Shown here piece by piece: positions 30,201-37,387 of a stretch of 64,000 nucleotides of DNA. Numbering within the stretch: position 1 is the first letter of the stretch; each line of letters begins with the position of its first letter. The stretch is from an uncultured Lachnospiraceae bacterium (GTDB lineage: Bacteria; Bacillota; Clostridia; Oscillospirales; CAG-272). Location: the NCBI GenBank assembly GCA_964638675.1, contig CAZXAU010000001.1, positions 56,966 to 120,965 of the forward strand, written 5' to 3'. The notes beneath the pieces are model-generated. The model saw only the letters and a list, made by a program, of their open reading frames with translations, searched no databases and had not been told where the DNA came from. Made by a program: the position numbers and the translations under genes.

Positions 30201-30511
30201 AATTTGTCTGTCTTGGTGCTTGTTCTGTTGGAAGAGGCGGTGCCTCATCTATTAACATGGTTAATGCATTATCCGCCAAAGGCGCACAAAACGTTTTGGG
30301 TTTTAAAGAGAATGTAATAATTCCACATGCAAATCTATGGATGAAAACATTTATGGTAACTCTTTCAACCGGTTGCTCTGTAAAAGATGCTATGGCTGTT
30401 GCCGATGATGCCGTTCAACACGATATCGAATGCCTGTCTTTCGGTGAAATCACAACAAATGAAGAATATCGTTATATATGCGGATCTGATGAGATCGCCC
30501 CATGTAATTAA
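27215..30511 (+). CDS. Secreted multidomain protein: WapA/RHS-like N-terminal region, DNRLRE domain, two ricin-type beta-trefoil lectin domains, C-terminal caspase-like (His-Gly ... Cys) region
   Basis: AGGGAG SD and a signal peptide. The DNRLRE-type segment is about aa 325-500 (DSYTDKSNPDENYG...VYEVWFESAITYNNTP...GWAEFDIT). QxW repeats: YQKWTF, NQKWKI, RDEWII. The C-terminal region has SCITHGD and EFVCLGACSVG. Confidence 0.7.
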   Translation: MFKKSKALTALLLTVVILFGSVLGGVFALESDKLTNASDMTSVMPGELSGLTDLSHEFSDGAVIGKVAEVTSLRDENVKHFRLDNGTFEAVMYPYPVHRQDSDGVWQDIDNSLALKNDGMLKVYATSDSRVKFADSFKSNSELYSLSENGYSISMALIENEPLRYTGTLNAGLENKSKIIVSSGEKYSAEKAFDSLEQAAKINNKSSVLYCNVRANTDIQYILQENDIKENIIVKAPGESYEYRFGIALEGLTASLDRSGVINLYDAESGELKYIMPAPYMYDIGGEYSNDVSYDIQQLRDGSYLLTVSADEKWMNSKERVFPVTIDPTLTLPSSAFDSYTDKSNPDENYGLDEKMWVSSEKTAYIHMAVPNLPATATLNSATLHVPYYFNKTTGSLLAAAYQVYEVWFESAITYNNTPDCSTLSLSNTTLIASSSVTQATPGWAEFDITNAAVDWYADPTTNYGVAIKRWISPYSNNSSVILKSYESGSDWAYISVNYINYIPSGVYAFRSKLSSTRWIKVTGNSAGSYLQHVSLTNFPADAEVFDRSCLFKIYNVPGTVRYIIRSMLNNELTFDISGDKFVTKKISNIDSEVPPEDSFYINWDGYGFKIRPYYSDKIVNISSTSNPDLTTLSNADAGSGARWELVQYTGNSKRGYTLNPNTMFLKPGTEVTLSTIVWTTSIGYNKPEIVLNDGCSDVASLAWNRSTGMGKLVINKTGSFGGYIRILKEEDLSVYESLYFTYAVNVPVSSGDYFVMNKEAGKYMQLDDGDAPDFNNNGGIAEIHSFDGGDYQKWTFTHLGSGYYSIRSVVTGYALTVPPDKVTSDNVDLVLKPYTGSYNQKWKITVTNSGAYKIKAKSSESYTEKDLVMDLKDPAFSYNGLSIRQRENEDSSSYRDEWIIRKSNDYTLMYIGDYVGDPQMPPILSDVDTALRNNAGMSGYAYTSLNDEDLLGCLSTSSIFSCITHGDQYALTVSNGIITVNDINRLVDGALSNLEFVCLGACSVGRGGASSINMVNALSAKGAQNVLGFKENVIIPHANLWMKTFMVTLSTGCSVKDAMAVADDAVQHDIECLSFGEITTNEEYRYICGSDEIAPCN

Positions 30512-30534
30512 TTTTGAAGGAGGAATATACTGCA

Positions 30535-31500
30535 ATGAAAAAAACAATGTCAATTTTTATGCTGATCGTCATGCTGATCTCATTTTGCTCATGTGCCGTA
30601 GTTGACAATCAAACCGAGAGCGATGTGAAAACTGTTTTGAATCCGGACAACACTTTGAGCAACGTCACATGCGATCCTGCCCAGAATTTAAAGAATCTGA
30701 TCTTAGAAGTGGATTCAGGTTTCTATGATTCACTCGGCGATAATATTGAACGCAAAAACCTGATAAGTGATAAAATAGAACACTATTTTGATTCAAATGC
30801 TACTCCAAACAAGGTTTTCAATATTAATTCGGCTGAACTGAGTTTAAAGTATGATGAAAGTCTCAAATATCCGGTAGGCGATATGACTCTCGATCAGTAT
30901 TTGTTAGACGGAGATAAAGATAAAAAGATTATATTAAAGCAAGACGGTAAATTAAAAGCATTATTATATGAATTTGAAACAATTGACTTTTTGCCGACTT
31001 CTTTGGTAAAAGATATTCGTCCTTTGCTTGAGGATAAGCTTGCAAGTATTATAGACCTTACTAAATTTCAATATCTGAAAAAATCCTGCGATGATGATAG
31101 TGTGATAGATAGAGTGTGTAATTTTTTGTATTATAATATGGTTGACGGATATATGACCGATTTCGCAAGACTTGCGGTTTATGCAGATGGACAAATCGGT
31201 GCATTGGTGATCAATGATTTAGAGTCGGAAAATCTTGATTTTAAGGTAGACAAAGAAACGGAACGCAAGCTTCTGTCAGAAAAAATAAAAGATGTCTATG
31301 AAACAACGATTGCTGACAAAGAGTATATCTCATACAGGGAATCTGAAAACATAACTGCGGATATCGTAAAATATGAAGGTCAGCTCTATGTGAGGCATTA
31401 TGTTTCGGCAAGAGTCAATTATATGGGAAGTGAAATGGAAGACTGGATGAGATGTTTTTTGGTACCGCTCGATTTGATTACGGTTGACGCTGTAGAATAA
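30535..31500 (+). CDS. Hypothetical lipoprotein (321 aa)
   Basis: Start moved to ATG 30535 (AGGAGG at 30518-30523). Signal peptide MKKTMSIFMLIVMLISFCSC. It begins 23 nt after the stop of the 1098-aa gene. Confidence 0.6.
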   Translation: MKKTMSIFMLIVMLISFCSCAVVDNQTESDVKTVLNPDNTLSNVTCDPAQNLKNLILEVDSGFYDSLGDNIERKNLISDKIEHYFDSNATPNKVFNINSAELSLKYDESLKYPVGDMTLDQYLLDGDKDKKIILKQDGKLKALLYEFETIDFLPTSLVKDIRPLLEDKLASIIDLTKFQYLKKSCDDDSVIDRVCNFLYYNMVDGYMTDFARLAVYADGQIGALVINDLESENLDFKVDKETERKLLSEKIKDVYETTIADKEYISYRESENITADIVKYEGQLYVRHYVSARVNYMGSEMEDWMRCFLVPLDLITVDAVE

Positions 31501-31725
31501 AGATATGGTATCGTGAAGCAAAGCTGCTTTATGGTGCAACTGCCGATAAAGAAGCAGAGCAAATTGCAATCAAGCTTGGTGCAAAAAAAGAATTAAGCTG
31601 CCTGCTTTGATCCCCTATGATTTTGACGAATCATAGGGGATGAATTTTTATAAAGCAATATGGCTTCTTTATTCCGAAGCGATTTTTTATTTATATCAGA
31701 GCTTTTACTTTTTTTGAAAAAGCTA

Positions 31726-31753
31726 TTGACAAAGCGATAAAAATATGTATAAT
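31726..31753 (+). promoter_or_regulatory. Promoter of the TPP riboswitch-thiT unit
   Basis: TTGACA, a 16-nt spacer, then TATAAT. Confidence 0.75.
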
Positions 31754-31761
31754 TCAATTGA

Positions 31762-31850
31762 CGATACAACAGGGGTGCCTTTTGGCTGAGATGGGAAACC
31801 GAACCCTTTTAACCTGATACGGATAATGCCGGCGTAGGGAGCAATGTACC
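31762..31850 (+). promoter_or_regulatory. TPP (THI-box) riboswitch aptamer
   Basis: GGGGTGC...GCTGAGA...ACCC...AACCTGATACGGATAATGCCGGCGTAGGGA matches the conserved THI element core. A weak AT-rich hairpin plus T-run follows at about 31848-31872. A thiamine transporter gene lies downstream. Confidence 0.9.
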
Positions 31851-32029
31851 GTGAAAAATTTTTCGGTTTTTCGATCGACCTGACTGTAGATTTGTTTTTG
31901 ATTTGATTTTGCGATCGGATCTGTTCCGGGATTTTCTTTTCGGTAATAAAGTTCTGCTGCGGCTTGCCGCGGCTTTTGTTTTATTCGGGAAATAGATATA
32001 TATACTGTACCGTCAGAAAGGAATTTCTT

Positions 32030-32611
32030 ATGAACAAAAGAAATCAAAATCTATTCATCCTTGTCGAATGTGCGGCTATGATCGCTCTTTCGACCGTACT
32101 GAGCCTTTTGAAGGTAATTCAGATGCCTCTCGGCGGCTCGGTAACTCTTTTCAGTATGCTTCCTGTCTGCTTTATTTCTATAAGGCACGGTGTGAAGTGG
32201 GGACTCGGAGCTGCATTTATTTATTCTGTAGGACAGTTTTTCCTTGGCGGATCACTTGGCTGGGGACTTGATCTTACTACACTTGTGATATGTGCACTTC
32301 TTGATTACATAATCGCTTATACGGTGCTCGGTCTTTCGGGAATCTTTGCAAAAAAAGGTTCTGCCGGCATAGTTTCGGGAACTGTTATGGTTTTGGTTTT
32401 ACGTTTTGCCTGTCATTTTCTCTCAGGCGTAACCATTTGGGAACGTTTGAAGCCTTGGGAGCTTTTCGGAAAAACATTTGAGAATATGCCTGTGCTTTAC
32501 TCCTTCTGTTACAACGGTTTTTATATGATCCCCGAGATAGTTTTCACAACTGTTGCTATCATCGTACTCATAAAAATTCCCGTAATCAAAAAGCTGCTGA
32601 TCAAACAGTGA
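32030..32611 (+). CDS. thiT: Thiamine ECF transporter S component ThiT (YuaJ family)
   Basis: Start moved to ATG 32030 (AAAGGAA SD). Six-span protein beginning MNKRNQNLFILVECAAMIALSTVLSLL. It sits under TPP riboswitch control. Confidence 0.85.
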   Translation: MNKRNQNLFILVECAAMIALSTVLSLLKVIQMPLGGSVTLFSMLPVCFISIRHGVKWGLGAAFIYSVGQFFLGGSLGWGLDLTTLVICALLDYIIAYTVLGLSGIFAKKGSAGIVSGTVMVLVLRFACHFLSGVTIWERLKPWELFGKTFENMPVLYSFCYNGFYMIPEIVFTTVAIIVLIKIPVIKKLLIKQ

Positions 32612-32659
32612 ACTGCCGCCGGTAAGTGTAAAGCTATTTGAAAAATAGGGAAAATATAA

Positions 32660-32700
32660 ATGAAGCCCTGCTGTGTTTTGGCATGGCTTCATTTGTTTTA
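32660..32700 (+). terminator. Terminator of thiT
   Basis: ATGAAGCC ...13 nt... GGCTTCAT followed by TTGTTTTA. Confidence 0.7.
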
Positions 32701-32913
32701 TTTTGTGGTATTGTAAAATGAAGTTGCAATACCGGATAGAGCAAAATTTTCAAAAAAGATATCCATAGTAACAATTCTATCACAGAAGACAGAAAAGGTC
32801 AACATCTATTGAATGGAGAATGACATGAAATTGAAGTTAGTAAATTCCTTCCACCGTGGAATTTACTAATCGGAAATATTTATAAAGAGCAAGGAAATGC
32901 TTCCTTTTTTTTG

Positions 32914-32942
32914 TTGACTTTTTCAAAAAGATATGATATAAT
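32914..32942 (+). promoter_or_regulatory. Consensus-like promoter upstream of the small hydrophobic ORF / 232-aa ORF
   Basis: TTGACT, a 17-nt spacer, then TGaTATAAT. Confidence 0.7.
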
Positions 32943-33043
32943 GTAGAGAAAAAATGAAGATTAGGTGGTAATAATTGAACAAATTACCCGCTGTGCAGCC
33001 GTGATGAAAACAAGAAGATCAAATACGGCAAAGTTCCTGAGTA

Positions 33044-33250
33044 ATGGAAGAAGAATCTACACAAAAATGTATGACAATGCAGGTTGATATTTATAGTGAA
33101 GCGAATGATGGTATGATATATTATGAGCATCATTACTGTTGGAGAGTCAATGCTGCTATTCTTGCGGCTGTTGGATCAATTGTACTTATCGAATCGGGTG
33201 CAGGTGCACCCGCCGGTGTTGCAGGTTTAGGTGCATTGGTACTTGCTTAA
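33044..33250 (+). CDS. Possible small protein with a Gly/Ala-rich hydrophobic C-terminus (68 aa or shorter)
   Basis: The ORF ends in AAILAAVGSIVLIESGAGAPAGVAGLGALVLA. No convincing SD precedes any of the candidate ATGs, so coding status is uncertain. Confidence 0.3.
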   Translation: MEEESTQKCMTMQVDIYSEANDGMIYYEHHYCWRVNAAILAAVGSIVLIESGAGAPAGVAGLGALVLA

Positions 33251-33273
33251 ATCATTTCATCAAGGAGAGATTT

Positions 33274-33969
33274 ATGGGAACATTCAGAATTCAATATACA
33301 GGGAGCCCGTATTCTAAAGAGCCGAATAAAGCTTTTTTAAAGGAGATGTCGAGGCAGATTTCGGATAAACTTATTATGCTTATCGAAAATGAAGATGTAA
33401 AGAATCACGCAACGGAATTGGTTGGTCTTACTGTTCACAATCAATATTATGAGTACGCAATTCAAAAAAAGCCCGGTTCTTTAACAATGTTCGTGTCTAC
33501 TAAAGGGGCGTTCTATCTATGTAAAATCAATGTAACGTGGAGCGTTTCCGACGGTGAAAACATCTACCCATATGAAAGCATTGCTGGAAGAAGTATTCTT
33601 TTTGATGTTACAATGGAGAGATCCGAGAGAAGCAAGCTGAATTACCTGCTGCCACAGCTTTACAGTCCTGTAATCAAATCGGAGGAAAGCGGATATCCTT
33701 TTGACTATCAGATCCATTTCGGAGGACATACTTTTGTTCTGAAATTCAATCAAGACATAGATACCGAAACGATCCGAAAAAGTGCTGCAATGGCAAGAGA
33801 GCTTTATTTCTGCACCTTTTCGGAGATTCACGGATCTCCGCTGATCCGCATCGGAAAGAGTGAGATCCGCATGACCGTTTCACCGGATCGTTTGAATACA
33901 GATGTCATCATGCAAATACTCGCTATTTTCAAAAAAATACCGGGGATTCAAAGAATTACGGTTCGCTGA
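33274..33969 (+). CDS. Hypothetical cytoplasmic protein (231 aa), no recognisable family
   Basis: Start moved to ATG 33274 (AAGGAGAG SD 5 nt upstream). No signal peptide or TM. Confidence 0.6.
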   Translation: MGTFRIQYTGSPYSKEPNKAFLKEMSRQISDKLIMLIENEDVKNHATELVGLTVHNQYYEYAIQKKPGSLTMFVSTKGAFYLCKINVTWSVSDGENIYPYESIAGRSILFDVTMERSERSKLNYLLPQLYSPVIKSEESGYPFDYQIHFGGHTFVLKFNQDIDTETIRKSAAMARELYFCTFSEIHGSPLIRIGKSEIRMTVSPDRLNTDVIMQILAIFKKIPGIQRITVR

Positions 33970-34026
33970 ATATTTGATATACCACGCAGGGAATGGAAAG
34001 AAAAATGAAGAACTTGCAATGTGTGA

Positions 34027-34400
34027 GTTGCCTTAACTATACCCCAAACGATCTCAAATGATGGATTAGTATACAATCAGTATGCCTATGATAAGCTCGG
34101 ACAGCTGATCAGCGAAGACAACGGAGATGCAAATAAGAGCTACACCTATTCCTATGACAGCAGAGGAAATATTCTTGAAAAGAAAACCTATGCTTTCACC
34201 TTTGGAACGCTCGGAACAGTTCAAAAGAAGGACAGCTACGATTATACTTCAGACAGCCGGAAAGACCGTTTGACATCCTATAACGGCAACGATACCATAA
34301 ACTATGACTGCATCGGAAATTCTTCGACCTACAACAACGGTATCTCCTACTCCTTCACATGAGAAGGTCGGCAGGCGCAATCGGCGGTTAAGGAAAGCTC
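34027..34400 (+). pseudogene. Internal fragment of an RHS/YD-repeat protein gene with an in-frame TGA
   Basis: The frame-1 translation reads ...NDGLVYNQYAYDKLGQLISEDNGDANKSYTYSYDSRGNILEKKTYAFTF...DSYDYTSDSRKDRLTSYNGNDTINYDCIGNSSTYNNGISYSFT*EGRQAQSA. It has no start codon. TGA at 34360-34362 sits where such proteins have Trp (TGG). Confidence 0.8.
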
Positions 34401-34628
34401 CTTCTTTCTGTTTTTTATTATAGCAGATCTTTGGACGTTTGTCGACTCTATTCATATTATAACACTCTACTTCAACAATGTTAACGCACCTCCATATGAC
34501 TATAATAACCCATGGAAGCAAAAGATTACTTACGAGACAAGAAACACAAACTATTGATCCGTTGCTTTTCTATAATTCTGCGAATTTTTACTGTGATACC
34601 AATTAAATTCAAAGAAAGAGGTCAGATT

Positions 34629-36233
34629 ATGAAAAAAATTACAGTCTCCATACTCGTTGTTCTTATTGTTCTCATTGTTCTTCCGCTTCCTCTTACGGCA
34701 TCTGCCGGGGAAGAAAAATATGCACTTAAAAACATAACTGAGGAAGAATTCAACTGTTTGTACGGCGAAAAAGAATGCCCTGACAGTTATTTCATTCCGA
34801 TCGCTTATTACGGTTTGACTTATGATGTATACAAAGAAGCTCTTGAAAATGAAGGCAAATTCACCTATCGCTACGGAAATATCTATGTATCTAATCAGGT
34901 TATGTGTTGTGATAAAAACGGGAAGATTTCCCACAGCGTCTGCCGATGGTCATATGGTCATGGTATGGAAGATAGTGATTTTGATTGGATGAATGATCTT
35001 TCTCTTTTGCAGTTAACGTGGTTGGGCGAAAAAAACGAGGCGAATATCATGGCGTTTCTTGCTCCGTGGTGTTTATATGACGGAGAAAATTTCTATACAT
35101 GGAACGATCTTATGTCGCTTTCGATTAACGAACTTTCAAAAATTAATTATTCATTTTACGGATTCAAAACCTTTATTTCGTCTGTTAAATCAGAAATGAG
35201 TAAGCGAGGCTGGTGGAATGATGGGTACGAAGACCTCTACACCCTTCTGAAATTGCATGAGGATGATTACGACGCAGCACATAAAGGCGAAAAGTTTTAT
35301 CCCGGATTTGACGGAAGCAAGGTCTATCTTTCTGAAATATGCAGACAGGCTAATATCAAAAAAATTGAATTATATTATCAGTGTTATTTTTCCTTTGACA
35401 AAATAATTCCCGTATATAATATCGATATATATTCATTCAACCCGTATACAAAAGAGTTTGCCGATTGGTTTTTATCCGTAAAAGGAGATCTTGAAGACAG
35501 CAGCTTTAAGTTATATATGACCGAATTCTGCGAATCATTTTATTCTCCTGAATTACCTGATATAGGAGGAGAAGGTTACGGAATGTATGGTGGTATTAAT
35601 ATGGCATACTACCTTTTTGAAGGCTTTAACATAAAAGACATGTTATATGTAGAAGAATTTGCGGGAAAGGATATCGGTGGATACGGATGTTTATGGAATG
35701 TTTTCAAAGCACATAAAACCGGAATACTGACAGACGATGATGTTGCCTCGGGACTTGCAGAAAAAGCCTATATTGATCGCAGAGGAAGATTCTATCAGAG
35801 TTACTATGACCTGCTTGTAGGAGACTCGTGGTATGATCTACTCAAATCGACTCTTATGCATAACAGATATCATTTCGGCAGTGTAATTCTTTATTTGGAG
35901 TATAATGATTTTGAAAAAATGAACCGGTCTGTTGGGTGTGCATTTCGGGAGGTTTTCACAAAAGAGCAACTTGAAAGCATTGACGATCCTTATAGGGTCT
36001 ATTCAGATCTTCTCGAACTTCGAACCCTCGATTTCAATTGGGGATACACCGATTTTGGTCCCGGAGAAACCGGTTATGCAAGACTTGAGGAAAACATAAA
36101 GAATGTGAAGGCTCTTATGTCAGATCCTCCTTCGACATCGGACAGTACTGCAATATACGTTGTTATCGCACTTGCATCAATAGCTCTGTGCACCGTGGTA
36201 CTGTTCCGGAAAGGCAGATTTATTAAAGAGTAA
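34629..36233 (+). CDS. Secreted, C-terminally anchored hypothetical protein (534 aa)
   Basis: Start moved to ATG 34629 (AGAGG SD). Signal peptide ...PLTASA|GEE, an aromatic-rich body, and the C-terminus PPSTSDSTAIYVVIALASIALCTVVLFRKGRFIKE. Confidence 0.65.
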   Translation: MKKITVSILVVLIVLIVLPLPLTASAGEEKYALKNITEEEFNCLYGEKECPDSYFIPIAYYGLTYDVYKEALENEGKFTYRYGNIYVSNQVMCCDKNGKISHSVCRWSYGHGMEDSDFDWMNDLSLLQLTWLGEKNEANIMAFLAPWCLYDGENFYTWNDLMSLSINELSKINYSFYGFKTFISSVKSEMSKRGWWNDGYEDLYTLLKLHEDDYDAAHKGEKFYPGFDGSKVYLSEICRQANIKKIELYYQCYFSFDKIIPVYNIDIYSFNPYTKEFADWFLSVKGDLEDSSFKLYMTEFCESFYSPELPDIGGEGYGMYGGINMAYYLFEGFNIKDMLYVEEFAGKDIGGYGCLWNVFKAHKTGILTDDDVASGLAEKAYIDRRGRFYQSYYDLLVGDSWYDLLKSTLMHNRYHFGSVILYLEYNDFEKMNRSVGCAFREVFTKEQLESIDDPYRVYSDLLELRTLDFNWGYTDFGPGETGYARLEENIKNVKALMSDPPSTSDSTAIYVVIALASIALCTVVLFRKGRFIKE

Positions 36234-36313
36234 AGCTTTCTTTATATTTGATCAGAATTTAACAAATGTACAAGTTAATCTTAATCAGGAAAATACGAAA
36301 GGTGAAAAATAAC

Positions 36314-37387
36314 ATGAAAAAAATTCTGTCATCAGCACTTGTATTATTACTTGTTTTTTCGCTTTCGTTGGTATGTTTTGCTGAAGATGATACCATAAGC
36401 GATGAGCAAGCAAAAGATCTGTACAAAAAAATGGAAACCCTTTGGACTATGATAAATCAAAGTCCTGTTGGGAGCATGCCTGTTGATGGCTCGAAAACCG
36501 TAGTTTATTGTTTGCATAATGATTATAATGCAGCAAATAATTCACCCCCCTATCTTTTCGAGTACTATACCGTCAAAGATGAATACAATTCTTTGGAAAA
36601 AATGCAGAATAAATGGGCAGAAGTATTCACAGATGAAATAGCTTCATATGCATTTCTTCCCAACATCCATAACTTGTGTGAGTTCACAGTACATGAGGGA
36701 AAAGTATGCGTTTTTTCGATGGCGGCGTATGCTCCCGGAGATTTCGGACTTTATGATGATATTGAAGGAATTGAAAGGGAATCAGGAAAAGTTGTGTTAA
36801 AGGTAAATGTTGATAACTACCGTGACAGTACCGGCCTTGGTGATTCCGTTCAGACTCACACACTTGAAATTACAAAGGGTGACAACGGATGGCGTATCTC
36901 CGGCGGAAGCCTTATCGATCTTTTGTTCCCTGTTAAATCCGGTTACACTATGCCCGGCGAAGAAGATAGTTTGATTATAAGTGCCGCAAAAGACGGTTGC
37001 ACGCCTTACCAAGAATCGTATATTACCGAATATCAGCTTCAAGGAACTGCAAATACAAAAATAAAGGTATATCCGTATATCGATTTTGAAAATGCACTTA
37101 TTGCAAATAAAGAATCGGAAAAATGCACGCTGTCGGTCAACATTTACAGCAACAAAAAATATAATGGCAAACCTCTTCTTCTTATGGAAAATGCAACGAT
37201 CGAACTTGAATACCGGGATGAAGAATGGAATGTCGTCGGCGGAAGTTATGAAAACCTTGAACAGCACCTTGGTGTAAGTTATATTCCTCAGACATCTGAT
37301 GGTTCTGTATTTTTCGTAGTTCTCATGGTCCTCTCACTTTTATCGATCGGCGTTGTTTCGTCTGTAAAGAAAGAGGTCAGATCATAA
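36314..37387 (+). CDS. Secreted, C-terminally anchored hypothetical protein (357 aa)
   Basis: Start moved to ATG 36314 (AAAGGTGA SD). Signal peptide ...SLVCFA|EDD and the C-terminus IPQTSDGSVFFVVLMVLSLLSIGVVSSVKKEVRS. Confidence 0.65.
   Translation: MKKILSSALVLLLVFSLSLVCFAEDDTISDEQAKDLYKKMETLWTMINQSPVGSMPVDGSKTVVYCLHNDYNAANNSPPYLFEYYTVKDEYNSLEKMQNKWAEVFTDEIASYAFLPNIHNLCEFTVHEGKVCVFSMAAYAPGDFGLYDDIEGIERESGKVVLKVNVDNYRDSTGLGDSVQTHTLEITKGDNGWRISGGSLIDLLFPVKSGYTMPGEEDSLIISAAKDGCTPYQESYITEYQLQGTANTKIKVYPYIDFENALIANKESEKCTLSVNIYSNKKYNGKPLLLMENATIELEYRDEEWNVVGGSYENLEQHLGVSYIPQTSDGSVFFVVLMVLSLLSIGVVSSVKKEVRS

Noticed and set aside
34512-34628. N-terminal extensions in the ORF track: 34512 for the 534-aa protein, 33139 for the 231-aa protein, 31964 for thiT, 11293 for the Crp/Fnr gene, 26528 and 25444 in the SPFH operon, and 608, 1889 and 30514
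   Set aside because: In each case an internal ATG has a proper SD at 5-11 nt and yields a canonical N-terminus (signal peptide or family-typical start). The upstream extension has no SD, often uses TTG, and overlaps promoters or the riboswitch.
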